A stretch of DNA of 64,000 nt from Candidatus Poseidoniaceae archaeon (GCA_028356125.1 JAOMTZ010000002.1:70707-134706); one strand, 5' to 3'. Shown: positions 46,148 through 57,577, counted from the stretch's first letter. The notes: a model not told the origin generated them from the letters alone. A program made the numbers and translations.

Positions 46148-48208
46148 ATGGGTGGCGACGCGGGACTCTCTTGGCTAGCGCACCCAACTCCCAGAGAAGG
46201 GCAATTGGAAATGATTTCCGCTTGTTTGGAGACTCTAGCAAAGGGCGGAGCCCACCTTGCAAGTGCACCAACTGGCATTGGTAAGACCGCTGCTGCTTTG
46301 GCTGCAGCCCTAGAATTCGCAGATTCATCTGATGAGCGCAAAACGATAATGTTCCTAACTCCAAGACAAAGTCAACACAAAATCGTTGTAGATACTGTTC
46401 GTAGGATAAACGAGATCCGCGAAGGTGAAAAAATAACCTTAGTAGATATGATTGGCCAATCGGGAATGTGCGTGGAACCTTTTGCTGGAAATCGAGGCGT
46501 AAGTTTCTCCCTATTATGTTCAAATCACAGGAAAAACAAGCAATGTAAACCATGGTTGACCAAAGCCCCTGGCTTTGAAAGACGAATTCTTTCTGACCCG
46601 CTTCATGTAGATGAACTAGTAGAAATGAGCAAAACACACATGGAAAATGGAGAGAAACGCCAAACTTGCCCTTGGAAAGCAGCTAGAACTGTAGCCAAAG
46701 AAGCACAGATTATAGTTTGTGATTACAATCATTTATTCATCGAAGAAGTGAGAAATGCATCACTAAAAGCCATGGATTTGAAACTTGATGATCTGATTGT
46801 CATTGTGGATGAAGCACACAATTTACCAGATAGGGTTCGAATGGGGATGCAAAGAAGACTAACACCCACCATGGTTCGTAACGCAGCCTCCGAGGTAGAA
46901 GAAAATCTTGGCGACATGCAGAAAGTCGCCCAAGTTAACGATTTGATGGGTGATGCAATAATGTTGAAATCTTGGTGCTTAGCAGTATGCAAGGAATTCA
47001 GACTAGTTCTAGTACGGGAGTTCAAGAGAATGATTTCACAAATCGATTCAAATGATGAAATGCTGATTAAGGCAGATGATGTTCTATCTTGGCTAAATGA
47101 GGCATTCGATGCAGTAGCTGCAATTGTAAATCAATCAACACTAACTGGAACCAATAGTGCTTTTGCAAATCCAGATACAATTGTACGTTTGAAAATGTTC
47201 AAGCAGATTTTGGAATCAAACGAAGTAGAAATAGATGAAGATGGGGATAATGAGCCATCCGCACACCTTCTTGCTCACCTGATTGATGTATTGGACAGAT
47301 TTGGAGATGGCTCTGCTCTTTGCCTAGTATTCGATGGAGAAGGAACTGCTGGGCGCATAGTAACTCATCTGTTAGATGCTGGATTAGTCGCTGGACCAAT
47401 ATTTGAAAGAACAGCAGGAGCAATTCTGATGTCTGGAACTCTAGACCCACCAAACATGTTTGCAGACCTACTTGGCCTAACTCCGAAGATGCGAGGTGAG
47501 TCCATACATCCTTCTCCTTTCGCAAAGGAAAGGCGGCCGATTGTTGTCGCTACCGATGTGACTACATTGTACAGAGCAAGAGGGCCCGATAATACCAAGA
47601 AAATCCAACAACACATTCAGGCTGTTGTCCAAAACACTCCAGGTAATGTTGCTGTATTCGTACCTTCATACAAATTCCTGGAAGAGACTTGTGACGACCT
47701 TTACATCCCTGGTGTAAAGAAATTAGTAGAATCAAAGAAATGGACAAAAAAGGATATTGCCGCATTGCTAGTCGACCTTGAAGAAGCCCCTAAAATTGGC
47801 AGAAAAATACTACTTGCAGGAGTTTTCAATGGTCGACTTTCCGAGGGTGTAGATTATGCAGGTGGAATCCTTGATGCTGTTATTTGTGTGGGTATACAAA
47901 ATGCTCCACCATCAGTTTTCCAAAAGTCGTATGGTAATTACATCAAGGATAAGTTCGGTCAAACTAATCACTGGAGATATGCAAACTCTCAACCTGCCAT
48001 CAATACAATATTGCAAGCAATGGGTCGTCCGATAAGAGCAATGGGGGACAGAGCACTGATTGTTCTACTCGATCGGAGAAATGTCGACAGAACATATTCA
48101 ATCTGCTATCCGCCCGACATTAAGATGAATCAAGTGAGCAATCATGATGGGTCAGGGCGCTTTGCAAAACGCTTCTTTTCTAAAGTCAAAAGAGAAGCCG
48201 ACATCTGA
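46148..48208 (+). CDS. xpd: XPD/Rad3-family 5'-3' DNA helicase with Fe-S domain
   Basis: Walker A is ASAPTGIGKTAAAL. Four Cys lie in the Fe-S insert (GMCVEP...LLCSNH...KQCKPW...QTCPW). VCDYNHLF, the DEAH box IVDEAHNL and QAMGRPIR are present. Confidence 0.85.
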   Translation: MGGDAGLSWLAHPTPREGQLEMISACLETLAKGGAHLASAPTGIGKTAAALAAALEFADSSDERKTIMFLTPRQSQHKIVVDTVRRINEIREGEKITLVDMIGQSGMCVEPFAGNRGVSFSLLCSNHRKNKQCKPWLTKAPGFERRILSDPLHVDELVEMSKTHMENGEKRQTCPWKAARTVAKEAQIIVCDYNHLFIEEVRNASLKAMDLKLDDLIVIVDEAHNLPDRVRMGMQRRLTPTMVRNAASEVEENLGDMQKVAQVNDLMGDAIMLKSWCLAVCKEFRLVLVREFKRMISQIDSNDEMLIKADDVLSWLNEAFDAVAAIVNQSTLTGTNSAFANPDTIVRLKMFKQILESNEVEIDEDGDNEPSAHLLAHLIDVLDRFGDGSALCLVFDGEGTAGRIVTHLLDAGLVAGPIFERTAGAILMSGTLDPPNMFADLLGLTPKMRGESIHPSPFAKERRPIVVATDVTTLYRARGPDNTKKIQQHIQAVVQNTPGNVAVFVPSYKFLEETCDDLYIPGVKKLVESKKWTKKDIAALLVDLEEAPKIGRKILLAGVFNGRLSEGVDYAGGILDAVICVGIQNAPPSVFQKSYGNYIKDKFGQTNHWRYANSQPAINTILQAMGRPIRAMGDRALIVLLDRRNVDRTYSICYPPDIKMNQVSNHDGSGRFAKRFFSKVKREADI

Positions 48209-48244
48209 AAGGTTCAATACGCTCCGCCACTGGAGGGTTAGAAC

Positions 48245-48667
48245 ATGGAAGAGTGGGAAGAGGTCGAAATCTTGACTACATCAGATGGTCTAGACGCTAC
48301 ACCAAGTGAACTGCACGCCACTTTTGAGATTTCAGGCGACCATTTGAACGAAGTTAGAGACCGCCACACAATGATGCTAATCGCATCTGGTGAACTACCT
48401 GAGAAACACATGGTAGATATTGCTCCAGAAAGAGTTCTAAATTGGATTGTTGAAGAACTAAATGGCGTTAGAAGAACAGATGGTTTGTCCATTCCTCTAC
48501 ACGGAGCAGACTTACCAACTGTCGAACTTTCTAAAGGAACAGTTGATGGACACAGTATTCTCAAACTCAAAGTTGGAAACAACTTCGTCAGAAAGTTGCC
48601 ACTACCTGCAGAGGTCGATTCAATCAAGGCCACACTCAATGGCGGAGTCTTAGATCTTCGCTGGTAA
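48245..48667 (+). CDS. hsp20: Small heat-shock protein (Hsp20/alpha-crystallin family)
   Basis: The C-terminal block is FVRKLPLPAEVDSIKATLNGGVLDLRW, typical of the alpha-crystallin domain end. Confidence 0.8.
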   Translation: MEEWEEVEILTTSDGLDATPSELHATFEISGDHLNEVRDRHTMMLIASGELPEKHMVDIAPERVLNWIVEELNGVRRTDGLSIPLHGADLPTVELSKGTVDGHSILKLKVGNNFVRKLPLPAEVDSIKATLNGGVLDLRW

Positions 48668-51600
48668 TCATCGGTTTGGAATCTCGCCTAACTGCCCAAT
48701 CTCACCGACTACTCTTGTCAGTGCTTCTTGTGCATTTATCTTGTGACTCTCACCCATTTCGTGTCGGCTATATCTTGCCTCTTCGAATACATTGTCCAGT
48801 AGTGATAGTGACTCCTCCGTGATATTTGGAAGAGCCGCACGAATCGCCATTTCGAATTCTCTAACAGTTTCGAAATCACGTCGTAGGAATCCTCTTCCCA
48901 TCAAGATGTGAACCAGGCTCTCATAGCATTGGAAGATTGCTTCACGCATTGAATCTCCAGCCGCCAGTAACTCGGCAGTGTAGGAGAATATGTCTGCTAT
49001 TTCTTTTGCAGCCTCTGTTGCACGGCGCCTCATGATAACGAATGCAGCACCTGCCCCAATAATCAGCATTGCAATCACATAAACCCACCATGGAGCACCG
49101 CTACTATCACTCTCATAGGTGTAGTCCGGATTAATTCCTGAGCTGTAAATTGTATTGAATTCACTCATTGAACCATCTGAAATTACAAAGTTAGGAGATA
49201 TCTGAATCTTTAGAGTCAACTCTCCATATTCGGAAACATCCCCATATGGCGGATCGGAATTAAACTCAAACGAAGCAATACCATCCGAATCAGTGACAAT
49301 AACGACTTCATCTAATCGAGTATTGTTTTCTGATTCAAGATAAACAGTGATTGCAATTCCTTCAACACCCTCATCAGTGTCATCTGCGATGAGTTCTATC
49401 TCACCAGAAACAACTTCTTGTTCACCCTCAATAATATCATCAATATCAACACTGATTGGAGACTTGAGGTTGATCCTAACTGAAACAGGTTCCGTCCAAG
49501 AGTTTCCAGAGCGTAGGTACAATGTGGAGTTTTCAGGTGTCAGAAGATTAAATTGCATCTGACCTGGTTCAATCCATGATGGAGCAGTAGCACTCAGAGT
49601 GAATGTGCCACCATTCCAGATAATACTGTCTGTAGTGATACAACGGCTCTCAACACCGCTGGTTCCACAATTTATTCCTTCACCTAATACCAGTGATGCA
49701 CCGTCGATAAGAACACCTTGGCCACCGATTTCAGTAACTCTTCCAGTAATCTGAATCTTGTATGTAGTACTGTCACTTCTAACAACATCATATGGCTGTA
49801 TGGAATCTATATTGACATTGACATCTGCCCAAACCAAAACCGTCTCGTTAGAATCAATTGGCAGATGGCCTGTACTTCCATCGAAAGCAAACCGCATCAC
49901 GTGAGTACCACGAGAGTAATCTGAGTCTGCACGAATAGATGTAGAGAAATCACCAGTCAAAGTAGTTGTAGCGAAACCAACCTGAACTCCATCCAAGAAG
50001 ATGAAGATTGTTTCTCCTGGCAACCCCTCGTTCAGGGCTGTATCAATATCATACAGTGAACCAGATATTTCCCAGAAGTCATCCCTAGTTGCATCTTTGT
50101 CAACAAAGTCTACTGTAATTCCTGTACGGTGCGATAAGAAGAATGTTGTATTTGCTTGCCCCGAACGATACCATCCCTGAGCAGGAACATCTGCAACAAC
50201 TGTATGTACGCCGTCCGACAAGAAGTTTGGAACAACCCAGTTGAAACTGAAGTTACCGTTAGAATCTGTTGTTGCATTACCAATTGGAATGCCTTCAACT
50301 GTCACCTGAACAAGCATGTCAGATAATGGATTCATTTGATTGTCGCCTACGAAACCGTCAATCGTTGTTAACTGGTCCACAGCTAGAGGAGACTCGATAT
50401 TCACCTGAACTACGATCTTCGAATAGATATTCCACGTGCCATCATTGGTTGATGGCAGATACTGCGTAGTACCGATGAATCTTGTTTCAAGAACTACAGG
50501 TCCAAGTTCTGCATCTGCAGGTACTGGATGGACTGCATTGAATGAACCATCAGCAGTTGTTGTAACATTGGTCAGGAAAACTCCGCCAAGCCAGATTTCT
50601 ATTGTTTCACCCTCTAGAGGGTTGTCAACAATATCTAGAAGTCTTCCTTGAACTGTCAAAGTATCTTCTCTGTCTACTTGTCCACCAGTAGTCAGTAGTA
50701 GTATCTTAGTAGGCACTGCAACTGTGAAATTCACAGATGAGGAACTCGGCTTGTAGAAGTCAGGGTTAGCACTGTCTCCTTCGCCAATCGGATTGACCCA
50801 ATCTCTTCCGCCTGTGAAACTAATCTGAATATTATGCTGACCAGCCTCGATACTTTCAGGAGAGGTCCATGCGAACATATACTTGCCATCTGAAGCATTG
50901 GATTGAACGCTCGAAACAGGAACTCCATCTATCAGAAGATAGACTACTGCTATTGAATCAACTCCATCAATCTGTAAAGGAGAGCCTAAATCATCTAGCA
51001 ATGTTCCGTTAACATACAGAACATCACCAGCAGTGATTCCAGACGAACTTTCATCGATAGTGATCTCAGTATTCGCTAGTACGATGAATATGACATCTGT
51101 TGTGTCCCCAATTAGTCCAGTAGTACCCGCAGTTCCAACGAACTCAGCTTCCAAATCATGGAAACCAACAGACAATGTTGTAGGGACGGTTAGATTAACA
51201 TCAACAATTCCTGATGCATCAGTTGTTCCAGTAATGGTAACTGGAGTCCCATTAAGTGAAACTGTTACTTGAACTCCAACGACTGGAGCCCCTGTGTTAT
51301 CGAACAATTGTAGTCTAGCATTGACATCATCACCACGATCAGTACGGTCGTTAAGTGATGGTTGGTCCACCCCATCTAATGATGGTGATACGAATGTCAG
51401 AGTAGTAAACCCTCTACTGTCGAAGGATTGATTCGCACTTGAACCAGAGTAATAATTCACAGATGGGATATACTGAGCTTCAGCAATGTGAGTTCCTGCA
51501 CTGAATGAGGAACCAAGCATAATACTACCAGACCAAGTGCCATTTGCCAAAATTTGTACATTGGATTGAGTGAAGCCTGTTGCCTGGTCATCGATTGTAA

Positions 51601-54600
51601 ACAACACGCTAGCCGTTAATGGAGCCCCATTCCTCAATTGAAGAGCACTGCCATTATCACTAGCGATTGAACCACTGATTGTGAACGATTCACCTGCAAC
51701 AGGATTTGCCACTATAGCATCAACTACCATAATCGTGGTAGAACGGATTGTAATCGTGGATAGATTTGTTTGAGTAGACAATAGATCAGTAGTTCCGTTG
51801 TACATCATCGAAATCGTAATCATGCCCAATGGCTGATCAAATGGTATTGTGTAAGAGAAATTAGCTCTGCCTTGAGCATCTGTAATGTTAGATGCTAGCC
51901 AAGTTGCATCAAAAATGGCACCGATACTGAACCCTTCTAGAGGTTGGAACATGTTAGATGATTCAACCATCTGTAAAGACATGTTCACAGTTTCACCACG
52001 GTTCACGATCATTGGATTCAAAGGTTGAACATTCTCGAATAGAGTAACCCCTTGAACTAGAATCGAATGATTACTAGAATCTGTTAGATAGAACGGAGAT
52101 GAATCTTCAACTACTGAGATTATGAATGTTCTTGGCCCTCTCAATGTACCATTACTTAGAACATCTGTAGGGACAGATAGGTTGAAACTTCCATTCACTG
52201 AAGTGAATACGCCGTTGACCAATTTCTCATCTGGATTGTCCAACCAGAACATTTCTAATGCGACTGCCGAAGTAAGGTTTCTGCTAGCATTATCACCATC
52301 CTCAACTTGGCCTACAACTTGGAAATTAAATCCTGCAGTAACTGTTGAAGGGATTGAATCGACTCTCAGATTCGATTGGACCTGCACTGTTACGTTGATG
52401 TCTGTAAAGTTACCTCTGTGCCTAGTTGCACCGCTTGTCTTAGCAGACAAGAGGTCATCTACAACTTCCATTCTTAGGACATAACGACCAGGATTAACAC
52501 CAGATACAGTCCAAGAAAATGTTGCATTTCCTTCCGCATCTGTAAGGGCATTTCCGATTGAAATATTAGCGCCGCCATAATCAATAATGTAATCCACTTG
52601 TGCGCCTGAAACATTTGAGCCATCAGCAACATCAGTAACTCTGATGTTGAAATCCACGTTTGTGCTCATGACAGCAATTACATCCCGCGAACCATCTTCT
52701 GGTGGAGACAATACAACATCCGACTCTATTCCCCAAGTCGTTGAAGGCATTTGCGGCAATGCAGGAGGTACGGCTGTTGGCACCCATTCAAAGTATGCGC
52801 CGCCCTCTTGAGAAACTGATGCGAAATCAGACATTATCTCTACATCATACACTCCTGATGGGAAGTTGTTAGGAGCTGCAATAGAGATATTGTAACTACC
52901 TGTGCTGTTGTTCAACATACCCTGACCGATTTCCACAGTTCCAAATGGAGTTATCAATTGTGCAATTACTAAAGAATCATTGGCTAGAATTGCACCACCA
53001 TGAACAGCATCAGTAAAGTCACCTACAATCCAAGTAGTGTTACCAAGATAGGTCCAATCATCAATAATTGAAACTGTGATATCAACAGTACCCATAATTC
53101 TCAATAGCGAATTATTGGTTGATGCCATGAAGTATTCATTTCCTCCAAAAGAGATGTCGAATACATAATCTCCTGCAAAGAGATTAGCGTCTGTTGAGAA
53201 CGTTGGAGAGATAGTGCTAGATTCCGGATCAATGGTGGTATTCACCGTTGAACCATTGAAATCAAAGGTGAAAGTTCCAGTCAGGTTTAGTTCAAATGAG
53301 CCTCCTAAATGGTCTGTAACCACTACAATAAGCCCAACATCTGTCCCTCTAATTTGCGGTAATGCCTGCAGTTCGAGGAATAATATTCCTTGTAGGAACC
53401 ATTCGGTTCCAGATGTGTTTAACGAATCTGTAGCTTCAAGACTGTCAGGATAGAATATTAGTTCAAGTTCAACATCTCCAGCTTTAACAGTAGTATTGTT
53501 GTAATCAAGGAAATGACTAATCGAGAAAGCACCGTTTACTGATTTATTGAATAATTCAACAAAGGTTCCTCCACCATTCAGTTCTCGCATTCCGAATGAA
53601 AGATTCCCGGAAAGGGCCGATGGTGTTGCACCAAAGGACTGTGCGGTACCGTTGATGTAAACCAGTTGATCGATTTGCATTATGGAATTATCTACACCTG
53701 GTCCTTCGATAACCGCCGTCAAATTCGGGGCATCTCGGATATCCATGGTAATTGAGTGAGTTGTTGGGCGCAAGTGGAATTGAGGACCACCTATTGCTTG
53801 CGAATTATCTTGCCAACCACTGAAACCGAGTGTCGCTGAAATATTTGTCTTAACTTCCAATTCATCCAGTGAGACATTGATTGACCAAACTCCATCTGGT
53901 CCTACTGTTCCTGAGAGATTGGTTGCTCCGTCTTCAGAAGATATGAAATCTAACCAGACGCTCAAATCACCAAGAACATCTGCACCTAATGTTTCATTAC
54001 TCAAAAATAGTAAATCTCCGGTCAACACAGTGGTAGCCCCTGCTCCAAGGATAGGACTATCCACTGGCCCAGGTTCACTGTGAGTCAAGTTGGAATCGTC
54101 AGTCATGTTAATGAAAACGCCCAAATCAATACCATCGTTAGAGACATAGCCACTTTGTATATGTTCAATGACTATACTAGCATAACCAGGTTGTACAGGA
54201 GTTACTAACGAACCATTGATGCTGAAATTACCATTGGAGTCCGTTTCAATGGAACCGAAAAGGTTGCCAGGAACTGCAGCACTTCCTGGGACATTATTTA
54301 CATCTCCCGAATTTACTACGAAACCACGGATTGTGATATCCGGTATTGCAGTTGTATTCTCAGTGTATTGTAAAGTTCCAGTAACAACAACCTCTGCTGA
54401 ACCTCCGCGGTCATAATTTGTTGGAGACCATGTAAGGTTGACTATTTCGATAGCCTCGGGCTCAGGACAAGCATCAAAGGGTATCCAACCTAGGTCGTCG
54501 CCACCGCTTCCAGCACTCATCTCAAGACGCACTTCGCCCCATTGAGCCAGATCACCGCCATATATTTCGTAACCATTTCCGGTCCACGAACCATCACGAT

Positions 54601-57577
54601 AACCGGTGACGAATCTGGTAGGTAAACCTGCAATTCTCGCCATCGTAACGAAAACTGTAGTGAATTCAGAACATGTACCTTCTTTTGCAATACTCAGTAA
54701 TTCAACTGATAGATCTGCTTCAGCAGGGGTTCCACTACCATTGTAATTCCTCTTGAAATCATACGAAGCGTTTCCGTCTCTAAGGAAAGTTGCGATTGCT
54801 TCAGCCTTCGAATAAGCATCTGTAGCACCAGCGGAACTAATTACATCGTTTGTAATATTCATAACCACTGATTCCGGCAGGCTAGTGTTAGAGAACTCTT
54901 CAGGAACTATTAGTTCGTAAGAAGAGTTCGTACCTGCAATAGTGTTGGCAGAAATTGTATCCCAGTCATACCAATATTCATACTGCTCCAACCAGATAGC
55001 GTCTAGAACCCCCGAATCTACCTCGTATGTGTGAGTGTCATTTGTCCTAGTAACTACTACTTGGGAATCTGACCAAAACGTGATATTGAATTGGTATGCA
55101 GGTAGTGGCACAACTCCCGAAAAGATAGGATTTGCGAATGCGATATTCCATGCCACGGTATCATTTGCATAATTTGAACTAGCCAAATGTGTGTTATTTG
55201 TGTAAGGAATTGTAATGTCTGCAGCTGGATGTGAATCTGTCTCTAATCCGTAAGCAGCACCTGTATAGAAATCGTACGTCTGCAATCTCCATAGATGTTG
55301 ACGGTTGAGGTCAACTACACCGCTGGTGTTGTTAGCCCAGAAAATAACTTCATTCTGCACTACATCGTCTGAAGGGTTGAACGGATCGAATGGTGATCCT
55401 ACACAATTGGTGAACCAAAATTGTTGTGGGCATTCATCGCCGTCCATCATTCCCCCGCCATCTGTATCAGGGTTTCTCCAGTCAGTACCGGTTTGGTTTT
55501 CAACCGCATCAGGGATTTTATCTCCATCGAAGTCTTCAGGCAAAAGGTCATCTGTCGGATCATTTTCAGGGTTTGAAGAGTCGAAATACTCTTGCTTATC
55601 ATTAACACCGCCAGCATCTGTATCTAAGTTATTTTCATCAGTAACCCAAATATCTTGACTGCCGTTTGTAATTCCAATCCATGAATTATCACAACCAGTA
55701 GTAGTTTCGAAATAGTTGTTCAATCCATCTCCGTCATCGTCTAAGGTATTGTCACAAGGTTGTAATGGATCTGTATCGACATTTACTTCATCGTAATCAT
55801 TGACTCCATCTGAGTCTGAATCGGCTAATGTTGGGTTTGAAAAATACCCATATATCCCGAGTGTCTCTTCCCAGTCTGCTAGTCCATCTCCATCTGAATC
55901 TGAATAATCGTCGTCACAGTATGTAGGGAATGAACCTCCTGATATATCGTGACACCATGAATTGTTACGGCTCTCAATATCTGTAACTCCGGCCGGAGGT
56001 TGAACGAATACGCCTTGGAGAACTCCATTTAATTCACCACCATAAGAGAACTGAGTATATGTTCCTGAATTATTGTAGTAAGCAATTCCACCACTTGGGC
56101 TGAATCCTGAACCGCTAGTAACAGTCAATTGGCTTGAACCTGTGCTGTATGAAACGATTGTAGTCGAAAATTGGATCAATGAATCACAGGGGTCCGTACC
56201 ATGTGAAGCGTTAGCTTCGTCTCCATCATTTACTCCACCAAAATCCGTATCTGCTACATTCCAAAGCGTACATGACAGGTTTTCTTGCCAATTCTCAAGG
56301 CCGTCATTATCGAAATCTCCTGAATCTTCACGCCTGGTAGGGTCGGTTTCATTGGAATCTACGATTCCATTTCCATTAATATCTTCAGCACCATCATCGA
56401 AAGCATCGTCATCTGTGTTATTGTCACGTGGGTCACTAGCTTGTGCAGGGAATCCATATTGGCCGTTTACCTCTACTCCGTCGTTTATCCCATCACCGTC
56501 AGTATCAACATTGGTAGGGTCAGTAAGTAAGGTCAAAGCCTCATGAGAGTCGTTTAATCCGTCGTTATCGGTATCTGGGTCAAGAGGTAAAGTGGATGTA
56601 ACACCATCGGTTTCGGCAGTAAGTGTTGCACAACCACCTGGCCCAATTCCTAGATGAGGCGAACATGGAGTTGTGGTTTCTGTGAATGAACCTGTTGGGC
56701 CAGGCCTGTAACAAGGCTGCCCACCACAAGTTGTGGTCCAAGATGGATTGATGTACTCAAAGATGTTAATCAGGCCATCACCATCTGGGTCCCCGTTTGT
56801 ACCATCTGCATTAGATGCAGAGGTTGCATTAAGCCCGTTAGATGCTTCCCATCCATCCGGCATTCCATCTCCATCAGTGTCCCAACCCATTGGGTCTTCG
56901 TCAATTAGTCCGTCTCCGTCATCATCATCTGAAGAACAATCAGCGTCACCGTCAAAGTCATTATCTGCAGAATCGACCATGCCATCCTTGTCATTATCAA
57001 TTCCATCTGTACAGATGTTTCCAACTGGGTCTTCATCACATAGAATCACATTTCCAGTTCCATCAGAACCTGCATCTCCACAAGCTAACTGGTTGTATTG
57101 CATTGCATTCTCTTCGTCCCAATCATTGACTGGAACTGTACCATTCCACCAAACTCCGTTATCCAAGACGGAGGTCGAAGAGGATAGGTCCCAATTTGAC
57201 GGCTGATGGTAGTTGTATTCTTGCAAATTCGAGAAACCGTCTCCATCTGGATCTCCGATTGCACCATCGGAATTACTGCTCGAAAGGGGGTCTAATCCGT
57301 ACTGCCATTCCCAGCCATCCGGTAGTTGGTCGTTGTCAGAATCCCAATCATTAGGCTGAGTATTAATGAGGTACTCAAGCCCGTAAGTAAGACCATCTCC
57401 ATCTTGGTCTGTAGCAGCAAGGGCTGTGAATGATACGAATTCGATAGATGCAATTGTAGACAACAACATCAGTAGTGCAAGTCCTACTGACTTGAACTTC
57501 TTTTCGTCTAACTCTCTAAGGAGTTGGGGACGCGCTGACAGATGGATGGAGGACATACGCATGGCTAACACCAACAC
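48668..57577 (-). CDS. Giant (2969 aa) exported protein: TSP3 Ca-binding repeats, transglutaminase-like core, many Ig-like repeats, C-terminal TM and DUF4129-like cytoplasmic domain
   Basis: There is an N-terminal signal/anchor and DxDxDGxxDxxE repeats. The transglutaminase core is GTCSEFTTVFVTMARIAGLPTRFVTGY...GWIPFDA (Cys codon at 54671-54673). A long beta-rich repeat region follows. The TM helix is WWVYVIAMLIIGAGAAFVIM. The tail REAIFQCYESLVHIL...VFEEARYSRHE resembles DUF4129. Confidence 0.85.
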   Translation of the reverse strand: MLVLAMRMSSIHLSARPQLLRELDEKKFKSVGLALLMLLSTIASIEFVSFTALAATDQDGDGLTYGLEYLINTQPNDWDSDNDQLPDGWEWQYGLDPLSSSNSDGAIGDPDGDGFSNLQEYNYHQPSNWDLSSSTSVLDNGVWWNGTVPVNDWDEENAMQYNQLACGDAGSDGTGNVILCDEDPVGNICTDGIDNDKDGMVDSADNDFDGDADCSSDDDDGDGLIDEDPMGWDTDGDGMPDGWEASNGLNATSASNADGTNGDPDGDGLINIFEYINPSWTTTCGGQPCYRPGPTGSFTETTTPCSPHLGIGPGGCATLTAETDGVTSTLPLDPDTDNDGLNDSHEALTLLTDPTNVDTDGDGINDGVEVNGQYGFPAQASDPRDNNTDDDAFDDGAEDINGNGIVDSNETDPTRREDSGDFDNDGLENWQENLSCTLWNVADTDFGGVNDGDEANASHGTDPCDSLIQFSTTIVSYSTGSSQLTVTSGSGFSPSGGIAYYNNSGTYTQFSYGGELNGVLQGVFVQPPAGVTDIESRNNSWCHDISGGSFPTYCDDDYSDSDGDGLADWEETLGIYGYFSNPTLADSDSDGVNDYDEVNVDTDPLQPCDNTLDDDGDGLNNYFETTTGCDNSWIGITNGSQDIWVTDENNLDTDAGGVNDKQEYFDSSNPENDPTDDLLPEDFDGDKIPDAVENQTGTDWRNPDTDGGGMMDGDECPQQFWFTNCVGSPFDPFNPSDDVVQNEVIFWANNTSGVVDLNRQHLWRLQTYDFYTGAAYGLETDSHPAADITIPYTNNTHLASSNYANDTVAWNIAFANPIFSGVVPLPAYQFNITFWSDSQVVVTRTNDTHTYEVDSGVLDAIWLEQYEYWYDWDTISANTIAGTNSSYELIVPEEFSNTSLPESVVMNITNDVISSAGATDAYSKAEAIATFLRDGNASYDFKRNYNGSGTPAEADLSVELLSIAKEGTCSEFTTVFVTMARIAGLPTRFVTGYRDGSWTGNGYEIYGGDLAQWGEVRLEMSAGSGGDDLGWIPFDACPEPEAIEIVNLTWSPTNYDRGGSAEVVVTGTLQYTENTTAIPDITIRGFVVNSGDVNNVPGSAAVPGNLFGSIETDSNGNFSINGSLVTPVQPGYASIVIEHIQSGYVSNDGIDLGVFINMTDDSNLTHSEPGPVDSPILGAGATTVLTGDLLFLSNETLGADVLGDLSVWLDFISSEDGATNLSGTVGPDGVWSINVSLDELEVKTNISATLGFSGWQDNSQAIGGPQFHLRPTTHSITMDIRDAPNLTAVIEGPGVDNSIMQIDQLVYINGTAQSFGATPSALSGNLSFGMRELNGGGTFVELFNKSVNGAFSISHFLDYNNTTVKAGDVELELIFYPDSLEATDSLNTSGTEWFLQGILFLELQALPQIRGTDVGLIVVVTDHLGGSFELNLTGTFTFDFNGSTVNTTIDPESSTISPTFSTDANLFAGDYVFDISFGGNEYFMASTNNSLLRIMGTVDITVSIIDDWTYLGNTTWIVGDFTDAVHGGAILANDSLVIAQLITPFGTVEIGQGMLNNSTGSYNISIAAPNNFPSGVYDVEIMSDFASVSQEGGAYFEWVPTAVPPALPQMPSTTWGIESDVVLSPPEDGSRDVIAVMSTNVDFNIRVTDVADGSNVSGAQVDYIIDYGGANISIGNALTDAEGNATFSWTVSGVNPGRYVLRMEVVDDLLSAKTSGATRHRGNFTDINVTVQVQSNLRVDSIPSTVTAGFNFQVVGQVEDGDNASRNLTSAVALEMFWLDNPDEKLVNGVFTSVNGSFNLSVPTDVLSNGTLRGPRTFIISVVEDSSPFYLTDSSNHSILVQGVTLFENVQPLNPMIVNRGETVNMSLQMVESSNMFQPLEGFSIGAIFDATWLASNITDAQGRANFSYTIPFDQPLGMITISMMYNGTTDLLSTQTNLSTITIRSTTIMVVDAIVANPVAGESFTISGSIASDNGSALQLRNGAPLTASVLFTIDDQATGFTQSNVQILANGTWSGSIMLGSSFSAGTHIAEAQYIPSVNYYSGSSANQSFDSRGFTTLTFVSPSLDGVDQPSLNDRTDRGDDVNARLQLFDNTGAPVVGVQVTVSLNGTPVTITGTTDASGIVDVNLTVPTTLSVGFHDLEAEFVGTAGTTGLIGDTTDVIFIVLANTEITIDESSSGITAGDVLYVNGTLLDDLGSPLQIDGVDSIAVVYLLIDGVPVSSVQSNASDGKYMFAWTSPESIEAGQHNIQISFTGGRDWVNPIGEGDSANPDFYKPSSSSVNFTVAVPTKILLLTTGGQVDREDTLTVQGRLLDIVDNPLEGETIEIWLGGVFLTNVTTTADGSFNAVHPVPADAELGPVVLETRFIGTTQYLPSTNDGTWNIYSKIVVQVNIESPLAVDQLTTIDGFVGDNQMNPLSDMLVQVTVEGIPIGNATTDSNGNFSFNWVVPNFLSDGVHTVVADVPAQGWYRSGQANTTFFLSHRTGITVDFVDKDATRDDFWEISGSLYDIDTALNEGLPGETIFIFLDGVQVGFATTTLTGDFSTSIRADSDYSRGTHVMRFAFDGSTGHLPIDSNETVLVWADVNVNIDSIQPYDVVRSDSTTYKIQITGRVTEIGGQGVLIDGASLVLGEGINCGTSGVESRCITTDSIIWNGGTFTLSATAPSWIEPGQMQFNLLTPENSTLYLRSGNSWTEPVSVRINLKSPISVDIDDIIEGEQEVVSGEIELIADDTDEGVEGIAITVYLESENNTRLDEVVIVTDSDGIASFEFNSDPPYGDVSEYGELTLKIQISPNFVISDGSMSEFNTIYSSGINPDYTYESDSSGAPWWVYVIAMLIIGAGAAFVIMRRRATEAAKEIADIFSYTAELLAAGDSMREAIFQCYESLVHILMGRGFLRRDFETVREFEMAIRAALPNITEESLSLLDNVFEEARYSRHEMGESHKINAQEALTRVVGEIGQLGEIPNR

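Noticed and set aside
46119-46637. 172-aa minus-strand ORF, and 46072-46284 + ORF
   Set aside because: Both overlap the well-supported XPD helicase frame or its leader. They have no motifs and are shadow ORFs.
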